DNA of 51,900 nucleotides from Chiloscyllium plagiosum (GCF_004010195.1 NC_057752.1:4353626-4405525), one strand, 5' to 3'; shown: positions 1 to 12,826, numbered from the stretch's first letter. Made by a program: numbers and translations. The notes: generated from the sequence alone by a model not told the origin.

Positions 1-734
1 ATCGAAACGTCAGTTGTTAGTGTCTTATGGATACAAGAGTGCCCTGTTGTGATTGGAGATGAGGGTTGTGCAGAGGTGGAGGGAAGATTTGACGTATTAT
101 GGGGAAATGTCATTCACATGTTGTGTGATGAGGAGTCTTACCTCGGCAGCCCTAATAAAGTCATGAAATATTGAAGCCAGCACTGTGGCCTGGTTCTGGG
201 AATGATGTTGGTGGCATCAACTTGCGTAGCCACCTCTCTCCCTGGGTTGCTGTTTTACTTGGTGTAAAGGGAACAGGGCATCCTTCCTAGCGCTGACCTT
301 ATCAATAAGTAACTCCAACGCAGGGTCCTAAGTTTGAGATTAGGTCTGCTGCTTCACAGGTTCCTCTTTAAGAAACCACTAGCCCACCAGATTCTAAACC
401 AGCGAGCTGCCTCATGTTTTATCTCACCAGGGCCGAATGCTCACCACTTATACTTCAACACAGTCCAAATCCATTCGGGCCTCTCACTGGCACCTGAAGG
501 ACATACAATGATCACAAATGTCACTGTATGCCAGTGAAATGAAAAGCAGGTTGCTATACTGAGATTACAGTGGGATGCAAAATTTATTGTCACTTCAGCA
601 GCAGGATAGATCGACAATTTTATTGTGGGGAAGAAACTGAGGTGTGTAAACACGTTTCTTTCGTGGTGTTGGCTTTAGATTCTTCTCAGGGCGAGGACGT
701 AAATCGAAATATATTATAAATGCACTCCCCATAA

Positions 735-980
735 TAAAGTGAATGGGGAATTCAGGACAAAATGCCTTTTTTCAGATGACAATCTGGAAGTCACTGCTGC
801 AGCAAGTAGATAAGGTGAATCGTTTAGATGCATTTAAAGAGAAACTGGAGGGAGAAAGATACAAAAGGATATGTTGACAGGGTGAGATGTCGTAAACAGA
901 ATGGGAGGAGACTCATGCAAAGCACAAGTGTTGGCATGGACCAGTTGGGACCAATAGCCTGTTTCCACGCTGTAAACTCT
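735..980 (+). mobile_element. Old CR1-type LINE 3' end fragment
   Basis: Degenerate '...gatgcatttaaagagaaactgga...' followed by a CR1-like 3' stem/tail 'ggaccagttgggaccaatagcctgtttccacgctgtaaactct'. Confidence 0.6.
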
Positions 981-1574
981 GTGGTTTGGTATGAATACAG
1001 ACTCAGCTCATGTGGCATCAAACCGGGAACCGTGCTAGGATCTGGTCTGAATACCTCAGTGCCTTACTCGGTCGCACACTAAAGCAAGTTGCACAGGATC
1101 TCTTGTAAAGAAGCATTTGTTCAACAGGCTGGAAACGAGACTCAAGCAAAACGAGTGACAGAGTGCTGGCTGCTTCCAAAGTGTAATATGTTGGTGAAAG
1201 GGTAAAAGATGAGTTTACATTGATGATGCATTATTTAATCACTGTGTGAAACTAGTCTATGGTCCATGTGTTACAGGTAGGATAACAACCACTTAGTGTA
1301 GAATTACAAAGCTGAAACACATTCAAGTGACTTGAATGGCATTGTGACAGCCCAGTTCATTTCCAAATTCTGGCGTGAGCTTTCGATCATTGCCTTCTTA
1401 TTTATTTATGCACCTTTTATAAGTTCTGCTATTTTCTTCCTCACTCTCCTTCTGCCATATGCCATTCCCGGGTGAAATTGATGATCTTTTTGTTTCATTC
1501 ACTCGTGTATATGTAACCACAATCTTTCTTGTCCTCAATCAAAAATTCAAAATGGCTGTAGGCTGGGAAGGGAA

Positions 1575-1900
1575 GGCAGTTGTGGGTCAATTGGTCAGAA
1601 GGTCATGGGTTTAAATAGCCTTCCATAGACTTGGCAGCAGCATCCAGGCTCAGGCATCAGTGCGGTCCTGAGGGTGTGCTACACAGTTAGGGATGTGAAC
1701 TTTCGGATGAGATGTTAAACTGAAGCCTCATTTGGCAATCTCGAGTAAAAGATCTCCTAGTGTCATTTCAAAGAAAACCAGAAGAGTTCTCTTTGGTGTT
1801 TTGGCCAATATTTATCCCTCAGTCAAAATCAATAACGCAGATTATTGGCCATTAACACATTGCTCTTTGTGGGAGTTTGCTGTGCTCAAGTTCGCCAGGG
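1575..1900 (+). mobile_element. Old Deu-domain SINE (SacSINE1/AmnSINE-like)
   Basis: 'ctttcggatgagatgttaaactgaagcc...gtaaaagatctc...ggccaatatttatccctcag...ttgctctttgtgggagtttgctgtg' matches the Deu-SINE core as I recall it. Confidence 0.75.
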
Positions 1901-2083
1901 TTCAGGCAACCTTTCTCCACCACACAGCAAGGAAGGCCCCGAGGGAACTCACCCCATTGTTCGGAGCAAGGATTCAAATCTTTACCAGCTGATCTGTTTT
2001 GGGGAACCATTTCGGGTCAATTCACAAACACCCGACATTTTTCCTGCTCATTTCACAAATATAGGGCACATATGATCCATTAC

Positions 2084-2202
2084 GAGAAAGTGAGGACTGC
2101 AGGTGCTGGAGCTCAGTCGAGAGTGGAGTGCCTGAAAAGCACAGCAGGACAGGCAGCTCTTCATTGTGCCCGAAATGTCGATTCTCCTGCTCCTCGGATC
2201 CA
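2084..2202. mobile_element. Short Penelope pLTR-derived insertion with 16-bp TSD
   Basis: gagaaagtgaggactgcag... arm plus an oppositely oriented gcccgaaatgtcgattctcc arm; flanked by acatatgatccattac at 2068-2083 and 2203-2218. Confidence 0.8.
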
Positions 2203-2334
2203 ACATATGATCCATTACATGTCCACACCTCTGTCTGGCTTTAAATGTCAGCTTGCTTGAGCACTGCCACTCTTGCACTCGCCTCTGATTGTGAAGGGAC
2301 AACAACACACACTCCAGGACTGAGATCCTGATCT

Positions 2335-2610
2335 AGAACTGTTATTTCACTGGGGTGCTGCACTGTCGGAGGTGCCATTCTTCAGACGTTGCCCTGTTTG
2401 TGCCTCTTAGCTGGATGGCAAAGATTCGGTCATGCTGTTTGTAGAAAAGCTTTGATTTGTCCTGCTGTCATTGCCAACTCTCATCCCTCTGTCAACCCAA
2501 CACAAATTAAGTGATCATTCACTGATTTGCTGCCTGTGAGACTTTGTGTGAAAATCCACTGTAGAGTTTGCTGACATCGCTGTGAATGCGATTGAAAGAT
2601 TCAACATTGG
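2335..2610 (+). mobile_element. Old Deu-domain SINE fragment
   Basis: 'actggggtgctgcactgtcggaggtgccattcttcag...cctcttagctggatggcaaagat'. Confidence 0.65.
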
Positions 2611-3505
2611 TGAGAAAAAGTGTTTCCACTCTGCGACTCATGTTGGCTATATCAGTAGAATGGCAATTGTTTGTGGGTCAGCCTGAATATTTGGTGTTGA
2701 GAGGGCATTTTTTTTGTCTCCATCACCATTTGAAGAGGTGAGCCCACTCAGTGAATATTGCATTGCTGCATGTCCCCAAGACAATGAAAAATCTTAGGAT
2801 GTCCTCCAAATGATAAAGATCCATTCATAATGAAGTGACACATCTATTTTATTCATTCTTTCTTGTGATGTGGGTAAGCCCAGTATTTATCTCCCATTTG
2901 ATGTTAGGGAGGATGTTCCAGCATTTTGACCCAGCGCCCATGAAGGAACAATGATATAGTTCCAATTAAGTCAGGGGGAGGGGAACTGGCAGGTTGTCAT
3001 GTTTCCATTGTGGACTGATGGACTTGAACAACTTGACCAAATATAAGAACTATGGGCAAAATGGTCAACCCCTAGAAAAGGCTGAGCCTGTAAGAAACAG
3101 GGTCTGGGCTCCAAGAATGGAAAGTATTGAAACTGCAGAAACTAAAGGGTGAGGAAATTGCAGAACACGTACTCGTCTTGGAAACGTCTGCAGGTGACAG
3201 CAACAGAAGCATTTGGAAGTGTACCAGTTGAAGGTGAGTGTGCATTGGAGATTGATCTTGGAAACAGGATCTAAGACCCAGCCAAAAAGTCAATCTGTGG
3301 TGAGAACCTAGGAAGCCCTGGGTTAGGGACCCAGCGCAGGAACAGGAACCCAGGAGCCAAGACAGTTCGAATCAGCAAGGGTTAAGTGTTCAGTTTCCAC
3401 TCAACTGCACCCACAGCTGTGATCCAGCTGATCGCTACATCGTCTGAACTCACATCAATTTACAAAACAGCATGCATGAGCCTTGTGAAAGATGCAAATC
3501 TATAG

Positions 3506-3809
3506 ATAAGATTCCCTACAGTGTGGAAACAGGCCCTTCGGCCCAACAAGTCCACACCGACCCTCCGAAGAGCAACCCACCCAGACCCATTCCCTTACAT
3601 TTACCTCTTCACCTAACACTACGGACAATTTGGCATGGCCAATTCACCTAACCTGCACATTTTTGGACTGTGGGAGGAAACCGGAGCACCCGGAGGAAAC
3701 CCACGCAGTCACGGGGAGAATGTGCAAACTCCACACAGACAGTTGCCTGAAGCGGGAATTGAACCCGGCGCTGTGAGGCAGCAGTGCTAACCACTGAGCC
3801 ACCGTGCCA
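3506..3809 (-). mobile_element. HE1-type V-SINE
   Basis: tRNA-like head (A/B box), V-domain 'gcgtgggtttcctccgggtgctccggtttcctcccacagtccaaa', CR1-like tail; ctatag flanks both ends (3500-3505, 3810-3815). Confidence 0.9.
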
Positions 3810-4214
3810 CTATAGTGGCGTGTGCCTTTCTCTTAACCAGGTTTTGGGTTCCATCGTTCGCTCACCTATGACCCATCCTATGAAGAACTAAAGTGGCATC
3901 ACTGGCCCATTGCAACAAGAGCTTGGCTGTCAGCTCCCAGCACAATTCAGATCACCCCTTTGCCAGCTGCTGCCCAGGGAGCGGAACCAAGTTCTGGAAG
4001 GCACCTGAGGAACATTGTTTCAAATAAAACTCTGCCAGCGAGACCACAAACTGTAATGGTGTTGGGATCATTCTCAACATCACTGGCTGGCTACGTACAT
4101 TGCTGGAGGAAAGTCACCCACTCAACGTGGAACCTGACGGACGAGCATTTGGATGGATGTCAGTGAGATGGAAATTGAGCAGGTTCGACCAAGTAGGTGG
4201 CTCCTCTGGTCAGC

Positions 4215-4640
4215 TGGGCTAGGTTGGTCGCATTCTAGCCTCTGAGCTGGTTGGAGGCTTTTAGCTCCATATCGCACACTAGCTTCACATTGGCTGACGC
4301 TCCAGTAGAGTAACAGGAGACTGCAGCACTACCAAAAGTACCGTCTTCTGGTTGAGCTGCTAAACTGAGGGCCCTGCCTGTCCATTCAGACGTAAACAAA
4401 CCTCTGGTGCTATTTCCGAGAAGGGGAAAGGCATTCTCTCAGTGTTCTGGCCAGTATTTATTTCAACAAACACCACAAATAAAACAGCGTTTCTGGACAT
4501 TATCGCAGATGTGAGAGCTTGCTGCTGCTTTTCCTGCTGTAGCGACTGCACCTCAAAAATATTTCATTGGCTCCACCATGCTCTGAAATATCCGGTGGTG
4601 GAGAAAGGTGTGATATACATTTCGGCCTATCTTTTGTTTT
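4215..4640 (+). mobile_element. Old Deu-domain SINE
   Basis: 'ggctgacgctccagtagagtaac...taaactgagggccctgcctgtcc...ttctggccagtatttatt...ttcattggct' plus an L2-like tail. Confidence 0.7.
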
Positions 4641-4769
4641 TCTTACCAGCCTGATCACCTGCTTTGTCCTCCACACACCTTAATCTAACTTCTCCCGTCA
4701 GTGTTCTGTGAGTGCTAGTATTAAACCATTGAGAAAGAAATGGGTTAACCAGTATGTGATTCTCAGTGG

Positions 4770-4950
4770 GCTTCACCAAGGTAGATACAGGGTGTCTGTT
4801 TCCAAACGCTTGGAGGCTCTTGAACTAGGAGAGGGAGCAAACTGAGCCATAGAGAATGTATTTCACTCAGAGAGTTGTGAATCTTTACCCCAGGGAGCTG
4901 TGGATGTTCAGTTTTCAAGTATATTCAAGGCAGGGATCAGTGGATTTGTG
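4770..4950 (+). mobile_element. Old CR1 3' coding fragment
   Basis: 'tttcactcagagagttgtgaatcttt...gctgtggatg...agtatattcaaggcag' (FFTQRVV-like segment). Confidence 0.6.
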
Positions 4951-4956
4951 GGTACT

Positions 4957-5255
4957 GATTAGATTAGATTCCCTACAGTGTGGAAACAGGCCCTTCGGCC
5001 CATCAAATCCACACTGACCCTCGAAGAGCAACCCACCCAGACCTATTCCCCTACATTTAACCCTGACTATTGCACCTAACACTATGGGCAATTTAGCATG
5101 GGCAATTCACCTCACCTACACATCTTTGGACTGTAGGAGGAAACACATGCAGACACAGGGAAAATGTGCAAACTCCACACAGACAGTTGACCAAGGTCGG
5201 AAATTGAACCTGGGTGCCTGGCGCTGTGAGGCAGCAGTGCTAGCTGCTGAACCAC
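4957..5255 (-). mobile_element. HE1-type V-SINE (internal deletion)
   Basis: (ttaga)n tail and body similar to the other copies. Confidence 0.85.
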
Positions 5256-5364
5256 CCTTCCACCCCATTTCCTGAGGGAAATGAAGGCATGTGGAGTCAG
5301 GATGAAAAATTAGGTCGAGGTGGAAGATTTCACTGAATGGCAAAGTGAGCTAGAGGCACTGTTG

Positions 5365-5426
5365 CGCTTTTCCAGCAACACATTTTCAGCTCTGATCTCC
5401 AGCATCTGCAGACCTCACTTTCTCCG
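5365..5426 (+). mobile_element. Penelope pLTR terminal fragment
   Basis: 'cttttccagcaacacattttcagctctgatctccagcatctgcagacctcactttctcc', nearly identical to 50172-50230. Confidence 0.7.
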
Positions 5427-6109
5427 CACTGAAATAGTCTCCCAATGCTCCTATCTCATATGTTTCATAAGACTTTTGGATGAGAACTCAGCTGCTGAAT
5501 CACTATTGGAATAACTGTAGTGAGCAGGAATTTAGAATTGCCTCAATATTGAAGATAAGAGGTGCTGCATTTGCACTGAAACCTAGACAAACTCCAGGAC
5601 TGAATGGTACAGTGATAAGCACCCGGGTCTGCTCTTGCACTGTGGAGAAGCTCAAACAAAGAATAGCTTGCAAAACCTAGAAGATTTCTCAATGTGGTGT
5701 TGCCTAGCAACAGTGATAAAGCTTTGAGCAGCTATCCCAGAGCTGCAATTCATATCCTGAGCCTGGTATCATTGTGCTTTCACAGCCGATCCTGTTTTAC
5801 ATCAGCATAGCATGGTGACTGCTACTCTCTTACTTCAGGAAGGGCTGGTACACTTAATAACATGTCAATTGAAGAGTCTGTTTTGCCTCCCATTAGGTCT
5901 AATCTTAGATTCTTACCAACAAATCAAAATTGCACATTCCAGGTAATCTGAATGGACACATTCACCCAAATAGCTCAAATACCCAGTTTGGGTGACACAG
6001 TGAAAAGGGATGGGATAGATACCACTCTCCCTCTGGTCCTGAATGCACTGACTGACTTGGCTGTGCTCCCACTGGTAAACGACACCCTAATTTCAATCAC
6101 TCCACTCAC

Positions 6110-6557
6110 TGTGGCCCAAAGGACAAAGCGGCCTGTTTGATCAGCAACCCCAAACACCCCCCGCAACCGTAACCTTTCATTCCCTCCAGCACCGATGCAC
6201 AGCAGCAGCAATGTACCATCTACAAGATAAGCTGTAACCTGCCAAAGCTCCCAAGGCAGCACCTTCCAAACCCACAATCACTTCCATCCAAGACAAGGGC
6301 AGCAGATACATGGGAACACCACCCCCTGGAAATTTTCCTCCAAGTCATTCCCCATCCTGACTTGGAAATCTATTTCCGGTCCTTCAGTGTTGCTGGGTCA
6401 CAATCCTGGAATTTCCTCCCTAAGGTCATTGTGGGTCAACCCACAGCACATGGACTGCAGCAGTTCGAGAAGGCAGCTCACCCCCACCTGCTCAAGGGGG
6501 CAACTAGGGGTAATAAATGCTGGGCCCAGCCAGCGATGCCCACATCCCAAGAAAGTT
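6110..6557 (+). mobile_element. Old CR1-like LINE 3' end (second family)
   Basis: Degenerate ORF end 'FRSFSVAGSQSWNFLP...GLQQFEKAAHPHLLKG' and tail 'aataaatgctggg...gatgcccacatccc'; related tails near 2850-2950, 10410-10510, 33185-33345 and 40720-40815. Confidence 0.7.
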
Positions 6558-6574
6558 TCTTCTGAAGAACTACG

Positions 6575-6750
6575 CTCTGGAATTTCCTCCCTGCAGCTCT
6601 CAGCCTCTCTATCTCTCTCATTCTTCAGTCACTCTTTAAAGCTCATCACTTGAGCCAAGCTTTTATCTTGGAGATATCGATAGCCGTGCGCTTCCGGTCT
6701 TGATGTTCACCCACAAAGCGTTGTCTGGATGTTAGAATGTGGAAGGGCAG
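6575..6750 (+). mobile_element. L2 LINE 3' tail fragment
   Basis: 'ctctggaatttcctccct...tttaaagctcatcacttgagccaagctttt...aaagcgttgtctggatgtt'. Confidence 0.55.
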
Positions 6751-7170
6751 CCGGACAGACACATTCTGAGGCAGACCAACATCCCCCACATGCCAATTAA
6801 AATATTGAATGTTGCTTCTGTTTGCCTCAGGGCACACCTGACAAGATTGATGCCCGGTCGTGGACGCTAATGCAATGCCAGGTGTGCAGCTTGAAAGTGC
6901 ACCCTGCAGCGTTACGGCAATCAAAGCCTTGTGTGCAGAGCTTTACAAGTCAGCTCCACGTGCTGCTTCCAACTGTAACAGCCTCATTTCTACCCTGCCT
7001 TCAATGTAAGAATGAGCCCAAGGGAGACTGAACAAACAGCGACAGGGAGGGAGAAAGAGCGACGGTGTTCACAAGGTGGGATTTGAGGAAGTCTTTCAAA
7101 GTGGAAAGATGGAAGGGGAAAAGGTTCAAGGAAGCAAATAGGTCCAAGGCAGTCACAAGGGTCTGCAGCC

Positions 7171-7485
7171 TGCACGGTGACTCAGTGGTCAGCACTGCTG
7201 CCTCACAGCACCAGGGTCCCAGGTTCGATTCCAGCCTCAGGTGACTGTCTGTGTGGAGTGTGCACATTCTCCCCGTGTCTGCGTGAGTTTCCTCCGGGTG
7301 CCCCAGTTTCCTCCCACAGTCCAAAAATGTGCAGGTCAGCTGAATTGGCCATGCTGAAATTGCCCATGGTGTTAGGTGCATTAGTCAGAGGGAAAACGGG
7401 TCTGGGTGGGTTACTCTTCAGAGGGTCGGTGTGGACTGGTTGGGCTGAAGGGCCTGTTTCACACTGTAGGTGATCGAATCTAATC
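7171..7485 (+). mobile_element. HE1-type V-SINE
   Basis: Full head, V-domain and tail. Confidence 0.9.
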
Positions 7486-8221
7486 AAAGCAGGACGAAAG
7501 GGGCTGAGGAGATGCAAAAAGACAGCAGGGGGATATGAAGCTGGAGGAATTCCAGAGATCCAGCAGTCTAAGAGTCTTCAGCTGGAGTCTTTTGTCTTTG
7601 ATTGAATCTGTTGGTGGTTGGGGAGCCAGTGCAGACAACAAAGAGGCCAAAGTGAAACTTAGTGCAGGACAGGACAGGGGGTTGCAGTTCTCAATCAGAG
7701 GAAGAAAGTTCAGTGAGGAAACCTTCGAAAAACATTGAGTCCAGAGCTGAGAAAAGCTGGGATAATTGTCTCAGAAACAGAAGAGCAGTGATCGGGATAG
7801 GAGCAATCAAAGATATGAAACTCTAGAGGGAGAGAACGCCCTTATCTTGGCCTGTACAGTTCACTCAATGCTTTCCACAGCACCAAGAAAATCCCATCCC
7901 TCTGACAGCAAGAGTTAAGTACCCCATCAGAATCGACACTCCCCTCCCCCTGCCCCCACACCCAATCCACACCACTCCAGCCAAGCACATGGATTCCTGG
8001 TCTATCAATACACCGACACATGGAGCCTATTAACAAAGGACCAACCTCACGATATCCACTGCACTTCCAGTTGCAACCTGCCAGTATCTGGATCTCTGAG
8101 TCCGTTGGGATTAATATCTATTCATATTAATTTTCACTGCAGTCCTTGAAGGTGGTGCTAATCCCCGGCATTGTGTTAGCTGACTTAATCCTGACAGTAA
8201 ATATGCCAGGATTAGCCGAAG

Positions 8222-8359
8222 TCAGAAGTCATACAACACCAGGTTACAGTCGAATAGATTTATGTGAAATCACAATCTTCCGGAGCGCTAGTCCTTCATC
8301 ATCTGACGTGTGACTTCTGACTTTGTCCACTCCAGTTGAACACTGGCACTTCCACATCA
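8222..8359. mobile_element. Degenerate Penelope pLTR fold-back remnant (second family)
   Basis: 'acaacaccaggttacagtc...cggagcgctagtccttcatca' followed by the opposite-orientation end 'ttgtccactccagttgaacactggcacttccacatca'; related to 12849-12970. Confidence 0.6.
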
Positions 8360-8569
8360 GGATTATCTGAAACTGGGAAGATTTGTTTCTCCCAGATCTA
8401 TTAGAATTGACAAATTCTCTCACTTACTGCCAGTGTGTACTTGGTTACAACGTGTGCATGAGGAGCCAATGCCCTGAGCAGAGAACACCACCACACCATT
8501 GAACTATCTCAATGACTGGACCTTTATATTGGAATGGTCAGAATTCTCTTCTCCATGAGAAATAAAAAA

Positions 8570-8990
8570 CAAAAAATGCAGCTGCTTAACACCTTTGACA
8601 ACCTTGAGCCATCCCCCAAAGTGCTTGAAAACTGATTTTTGTAATCCACGTTGGGATGTCGGAAGCATGGCAGCCAGTTTATACACAACAAACGTCCACA
8701 AGCAGCAATTTAATAATTAACCACATAATCTGTTTTTGAGGTAATGGTTGATGGATAAATATTAGCCATGATACCAGGGATGACTTCCCTGCTTATCTTT
8801 GAAGCAGTGCCATGGAGCCTATTAACTATATTCAAGAGGACAGTTTGGGCCATGGTCTCATCCAAATTACATCATCTCCAACTGTACGTAAACCCCTCAG
8901 TACTGCATGAGTATGTCAGTTTGTATTTTGTACTTATGTCTCTAGAGTGGGACTTAACCCCAGGACCCAGAGCAACCCATTGAGCCACAG
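8570..8990 (-). mobile_element. Old Deu-domain SINE
   Basis: Reverse complement of the Deu core: 'ggttgatggataaatattagcca...gtgccatggagcct...cccctcagtactgca...ctctagagtgggactt'. Confidence 0.75.
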
Positions 8991-10784
8991 CATCGTTCTT
9001 TATTTTCCAATTGCCTTTTGATTCTGTATAAGTTTGTATCTTAGAAAAAAATACTTTTCACAGTTTAGCCTGGAATGGCTGGTGCATCAGCATCCAGTTC
9101 TGTCAGAGGTACACTGCTCTAGTGCATCCCCTGGCAGTACAAAGGGAGATTGTTAATACTAAGGGATATTATCCCAGTCACTGTAAACCTAACCGGGAGC
9201 CATATTAACCTCATTCACCCAGTTGTAAACCAAAAGGATCATGTGGGACATTGGTTTTATATCCCAGTTACTGATGTTACTCACCACTACCTTCCATGCA
9301 GAGCAAAATGGGAATCTTTCCTCAAGGAATGAGAAGGATGGATAACACTGGAATGGAATGAATTATACACGAACAATGGAATTAACATGATTCATATTCT
9401 TTCCCCATTTGTTTTGTTGTCTTAATCTCCTCAGACTACTCATTCGCTACCTGGATTACCCTTAATTGAAGTAATTTGATGCAAGGCAATTAGAAATTAA
9501 TGATGGAATTTAAGAAGGGTATCTAATTTCTGCTCAGGGTGAAGAGAGGATAGAGGCTAAGAACTCTTCTGTTGGAAGAGTAACCACTTGGTCAAGGTAC
9601 TGGAGGAGCTGAACAGAGCCCCCATCACAAGTCAGTGTCTTCAGGGGTTAGGAACTTAAAAGGCTCAGGAAACGAACACAAAAATGCTTCCAGTCAACAA
9701 TTAAAGGTGTGTTGCTGTGGATTAATAACTACCCTGCACTTTGGTAAAAAGAGGATCAGTACTCCAAGTTCATAGAGTGCTTAAATTACTGTGTAATTTA
9801 AGGACTCAGCACTCCAAAGCAGTTCTCAGTAGCAGAAAGCCTCAGTTTTGCAGACTGGCTTTTATTGTTAAGCAGCAAAATAATTACAATGAACAATGGT
9901 TGGAACAAGATATTAGAGGAGTGGTCTGTTTATTGTCCTGCTGTTGGATTACAGCCTGGAGCTACTCTTTGTAAAAGGGCGATTAGTTTTACACAAAACC
10001 TCAGGTGTTCTCTTTCACAACACCATTGATCTGCAATAGGCCCGGTAAGCTTCCAAACTCGGAATTGGTTTGAGGTGCTGCAGGGGCATTTACTGGCAGG
10101 AACCGATTTCAAATTCTCGCCCAAACTCACCCATTGTAGATAAAGGCATCAAAAATGCAGCCAGTAAGAAACACTGGAAAACTTGCGGTCCCTTCTGAGT
10201 ATTGTAGTTTGTTAACTAAAAGTAAATATGCCAACAGTAAAGTTTGGCGTGGCAGGATAGTAGAATAAATAGTAATACAAAAATTGAAGTAAATATTTAT
10301 CGATTTGAAGGCATGGGTGGGTCAAGGGTGGGTCAATAAGATTACAGATCACATCCAGATGACATCTAAGTGGTTTTATGAAGGCAATTTATTGTTAATT
10401 TGGCCGTATTGGCAAAGCTATCTTTTTGCCCATCCCAGACTGCCCTGGGAAGATGGTGGCGCCTTTCCTGAACATTTTCAGCTCCCTACAGTCACATGTG
10501 ATTAACAGTGATTCATACCTTGCGACACTTCGAGGCCATTTGTAAAGGGCATTTAGACACATCCCTCTGCTATATCATTGAGGCGGACATACCAGTATCT
10601 GTCTAACATTTATGTTACATTGGTTGATCTCAGCTGAGACAACAGTTACCCTCAGTATTTCTCAGTCACTTCTCACCACTCGGGAAGTCTCAACAACTAC
10701 ACTGTGCAACCCCCTCACGAGTTTGAAACCCTCTATCAGAGCTCCTCTCAGCCGCTTTCTCTCCAAGGAGACCTGTTCCAACTT

Positions 10785-11592
10785 AGAGTCACCGAGATGT
10801 ACAGCATGGAAACAGACCCTTCAGTCCAACTCGCCCAGGACAACCAGATAGCCTAACCGAATCCAGTCCCATTTGCCAGCACTTGGCCCACATCCCTCTA
10901 CATCCTTCCTATTCATGTACAAAAGATGCCTTTTAAATGTTGTAGCTATACCAGCCTCCTCCATTTCCTCTGGCAGCTCATTCCACACACGCACCACCCT
11001 CTGTGTGAAAAGGTTGCCCTTAGGTCCCTTTTAAATCTTTCCCCTCTCATCTTAAACCTATGCTCTTTAGCTTTGAACTTCCTTACCCTGGGAAAAAGAC
11101 CTTGGCTATTCACTCTATCCATGCCCCTCATGACTTTACAAACCTCTATAAGGTCACCCCTCAACCTCCGACACTCCAGGGAAAATAATCCCAGCCTATT
11201 GAACTTCTTCCGAAAACTCAAATCCTCCAACCCGAGTAACATCGTTGTATATCTTTTCTGCACCCTTTCAAGTTTCACAACATCTTTCCTATAGCAGGGA
11301 GACCAGAATTGAATGCAATATTCCAAAAGTGGCCTCACCAATGTCCTGTACAGCGACAACATGACCTCCCAACTCCTGTACTCAATACTCTGACCAATAA
11401 AGATTAGTATGAGAAAAGCCTTCTTCACCACCCTGTCTACCTGGGACTCCACGTCCAAGGAACTGTGAACCTGTATCCCAAGTTCTCTTTGTTCATCAAC
11501 ACTCCCCAGGACCTTACCTTTAAGTGTAGAAGTCCTGCCCTGATTTGGCTTTCCAAAATGTAGCACTTCACATTTATCTAAATTAATCGCCA
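10785..11592 (-). mobile_element. CR1/HER1 LINE, 5'-truncated 3' fragment
   Basis: ORF 10946-11713: KCEVLHFG...LYRTLVRPLLEYCIQFWSP...RLRGDLIE; CR1 3' UTR and tail. Confidence 0.95.
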
Positions 11593-11839
11593 TGAACCTC
11601 TTCAATCCATCTTTGTCATTGAAGTTTCTCATTACTATTATGGATTTTTTTTTCAAATGTTGTGTAGTTATGAAGGGAAAACTGAAGGCTTCATATTCTG
11701 GAATTGGGAGCAATGTCTCCTGGTGTCAGTCTGAGGAGCTGAACTGGGCCAAGGCTAAGGATTGTGGGTGTGTAATGTTTATCCAACGTCACCTGCCTGC
11801 TGAATGCTTCTGCAACAAGGCCTCTGATATATGGACACA

Positions 11840-12152
11840 TTAGATTAGATTAGATGCCCTACAGTGTGGAAACAGGGCCTTCGGCCCAACAAGTCCACAC
11901 TGACCCTCCGAAGAGTAACCCACCCAGACCCATTTACCCCTGACTAATGCACCTAACACAATGGGCAATTTAGCATGGCCAATTCACCTGGCCTACACAT
12001 CTTTGGATCGTGGGAAGAAACTGGAGCACCCGGAGGAAACCCACGCAGAAACGGGGAGAATGTGCAAACTCCACACAGACAGTCGCCCAAGGCTGGAATT
12101 GAACCTGGGACCCTGGTGCTGTGAGGCTGCAGTGCTAACCACTGAGCCACCG
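11840..12152 (-). mobile_element. HE1-type V-SINE
   Basis: (ttaga)n tail, V-domain, tRNA head. Confidence 0.9.
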
Positions 12153-12249
12153 AGCAGCCCGTTGCTCGAAGAAATTATCTTTCTCTTTTTTTCTCAAGCT
12201 TTGATCTATTTCGTACTCATCAACATAAGGTGTCATCAGTGTTGGGGGA

Positions 12250-12755
12250 GAAACAGTTTGCTTTTATGTAGCACCTTTAAAGTAGTAAAACATCTCAAGG
12301 CGGCACGATGGCACAGTGGTTAGCACTGCTGCCTCACAGTGTCAAAGACCCGGGTTCAATTCCTGCCTCAGGCGACTGACTGTGTGGAGTTTGCACGTTC
12401 TCCCCGTGTCTGCGTGGGTTTCCTCCGGGTGCTCCGGTTTCCTCCCACAATCCAAAGATGTGCAGGGTCAGGTGAATTGGCCATACTAAATTGCCTGTAG
12501 TGTTAGGTAAGGGGTAAATGTAGGGGTATGAGTGGGTTTCGCTTCGGCGGGTCGGTGTGGACTTGTTGGGCCGAAGGGCCTGTTTCCACACTGTAATCTA
12601 ATCTAAAAGGTGCTTCACAGAGCCGTCAGCAAACAAGGCAAGCCATAAGGACATTGAGTAAAGTCTTAGACATATTTGGGTTTTAAGGGAATGCTTAAAG
12701 GAGAGGGAGGTAGAGAGAGGCTGAGATATTTAGGAAAGGAATTGCAGAGCTCAGC
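12250..12755 (-). mobile_element. L2 3' tail interrupted by a SINE
   Basis: 'ttttatgtagcacctttaa...catctcaagg|SINE|aaggtgcttcacag...ttaggaaaggaattgcagagct'. Confidence 0.55.
12299..12606 (+). mobile_element. HE1-type V-SINE (young)
   Basis: Near-consensus copy with CpGs retained and (taatc)n tail; aagg on both flanks. Confidence 0.92.
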
Positions 12756-12826
12756 AAGGGACATCAGTGTGTCTTGCTGTTCTGCAGCAGATCCGTAAAC
12801 TGCTGCAGCAGATCTTTTTGAGTCTC

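Noticed and set aside
7171..7245. tRNA genes at SINE heads
   Set aside because: The A/B-box heads continue into the V-SINE body and do not form a full cloverleaf
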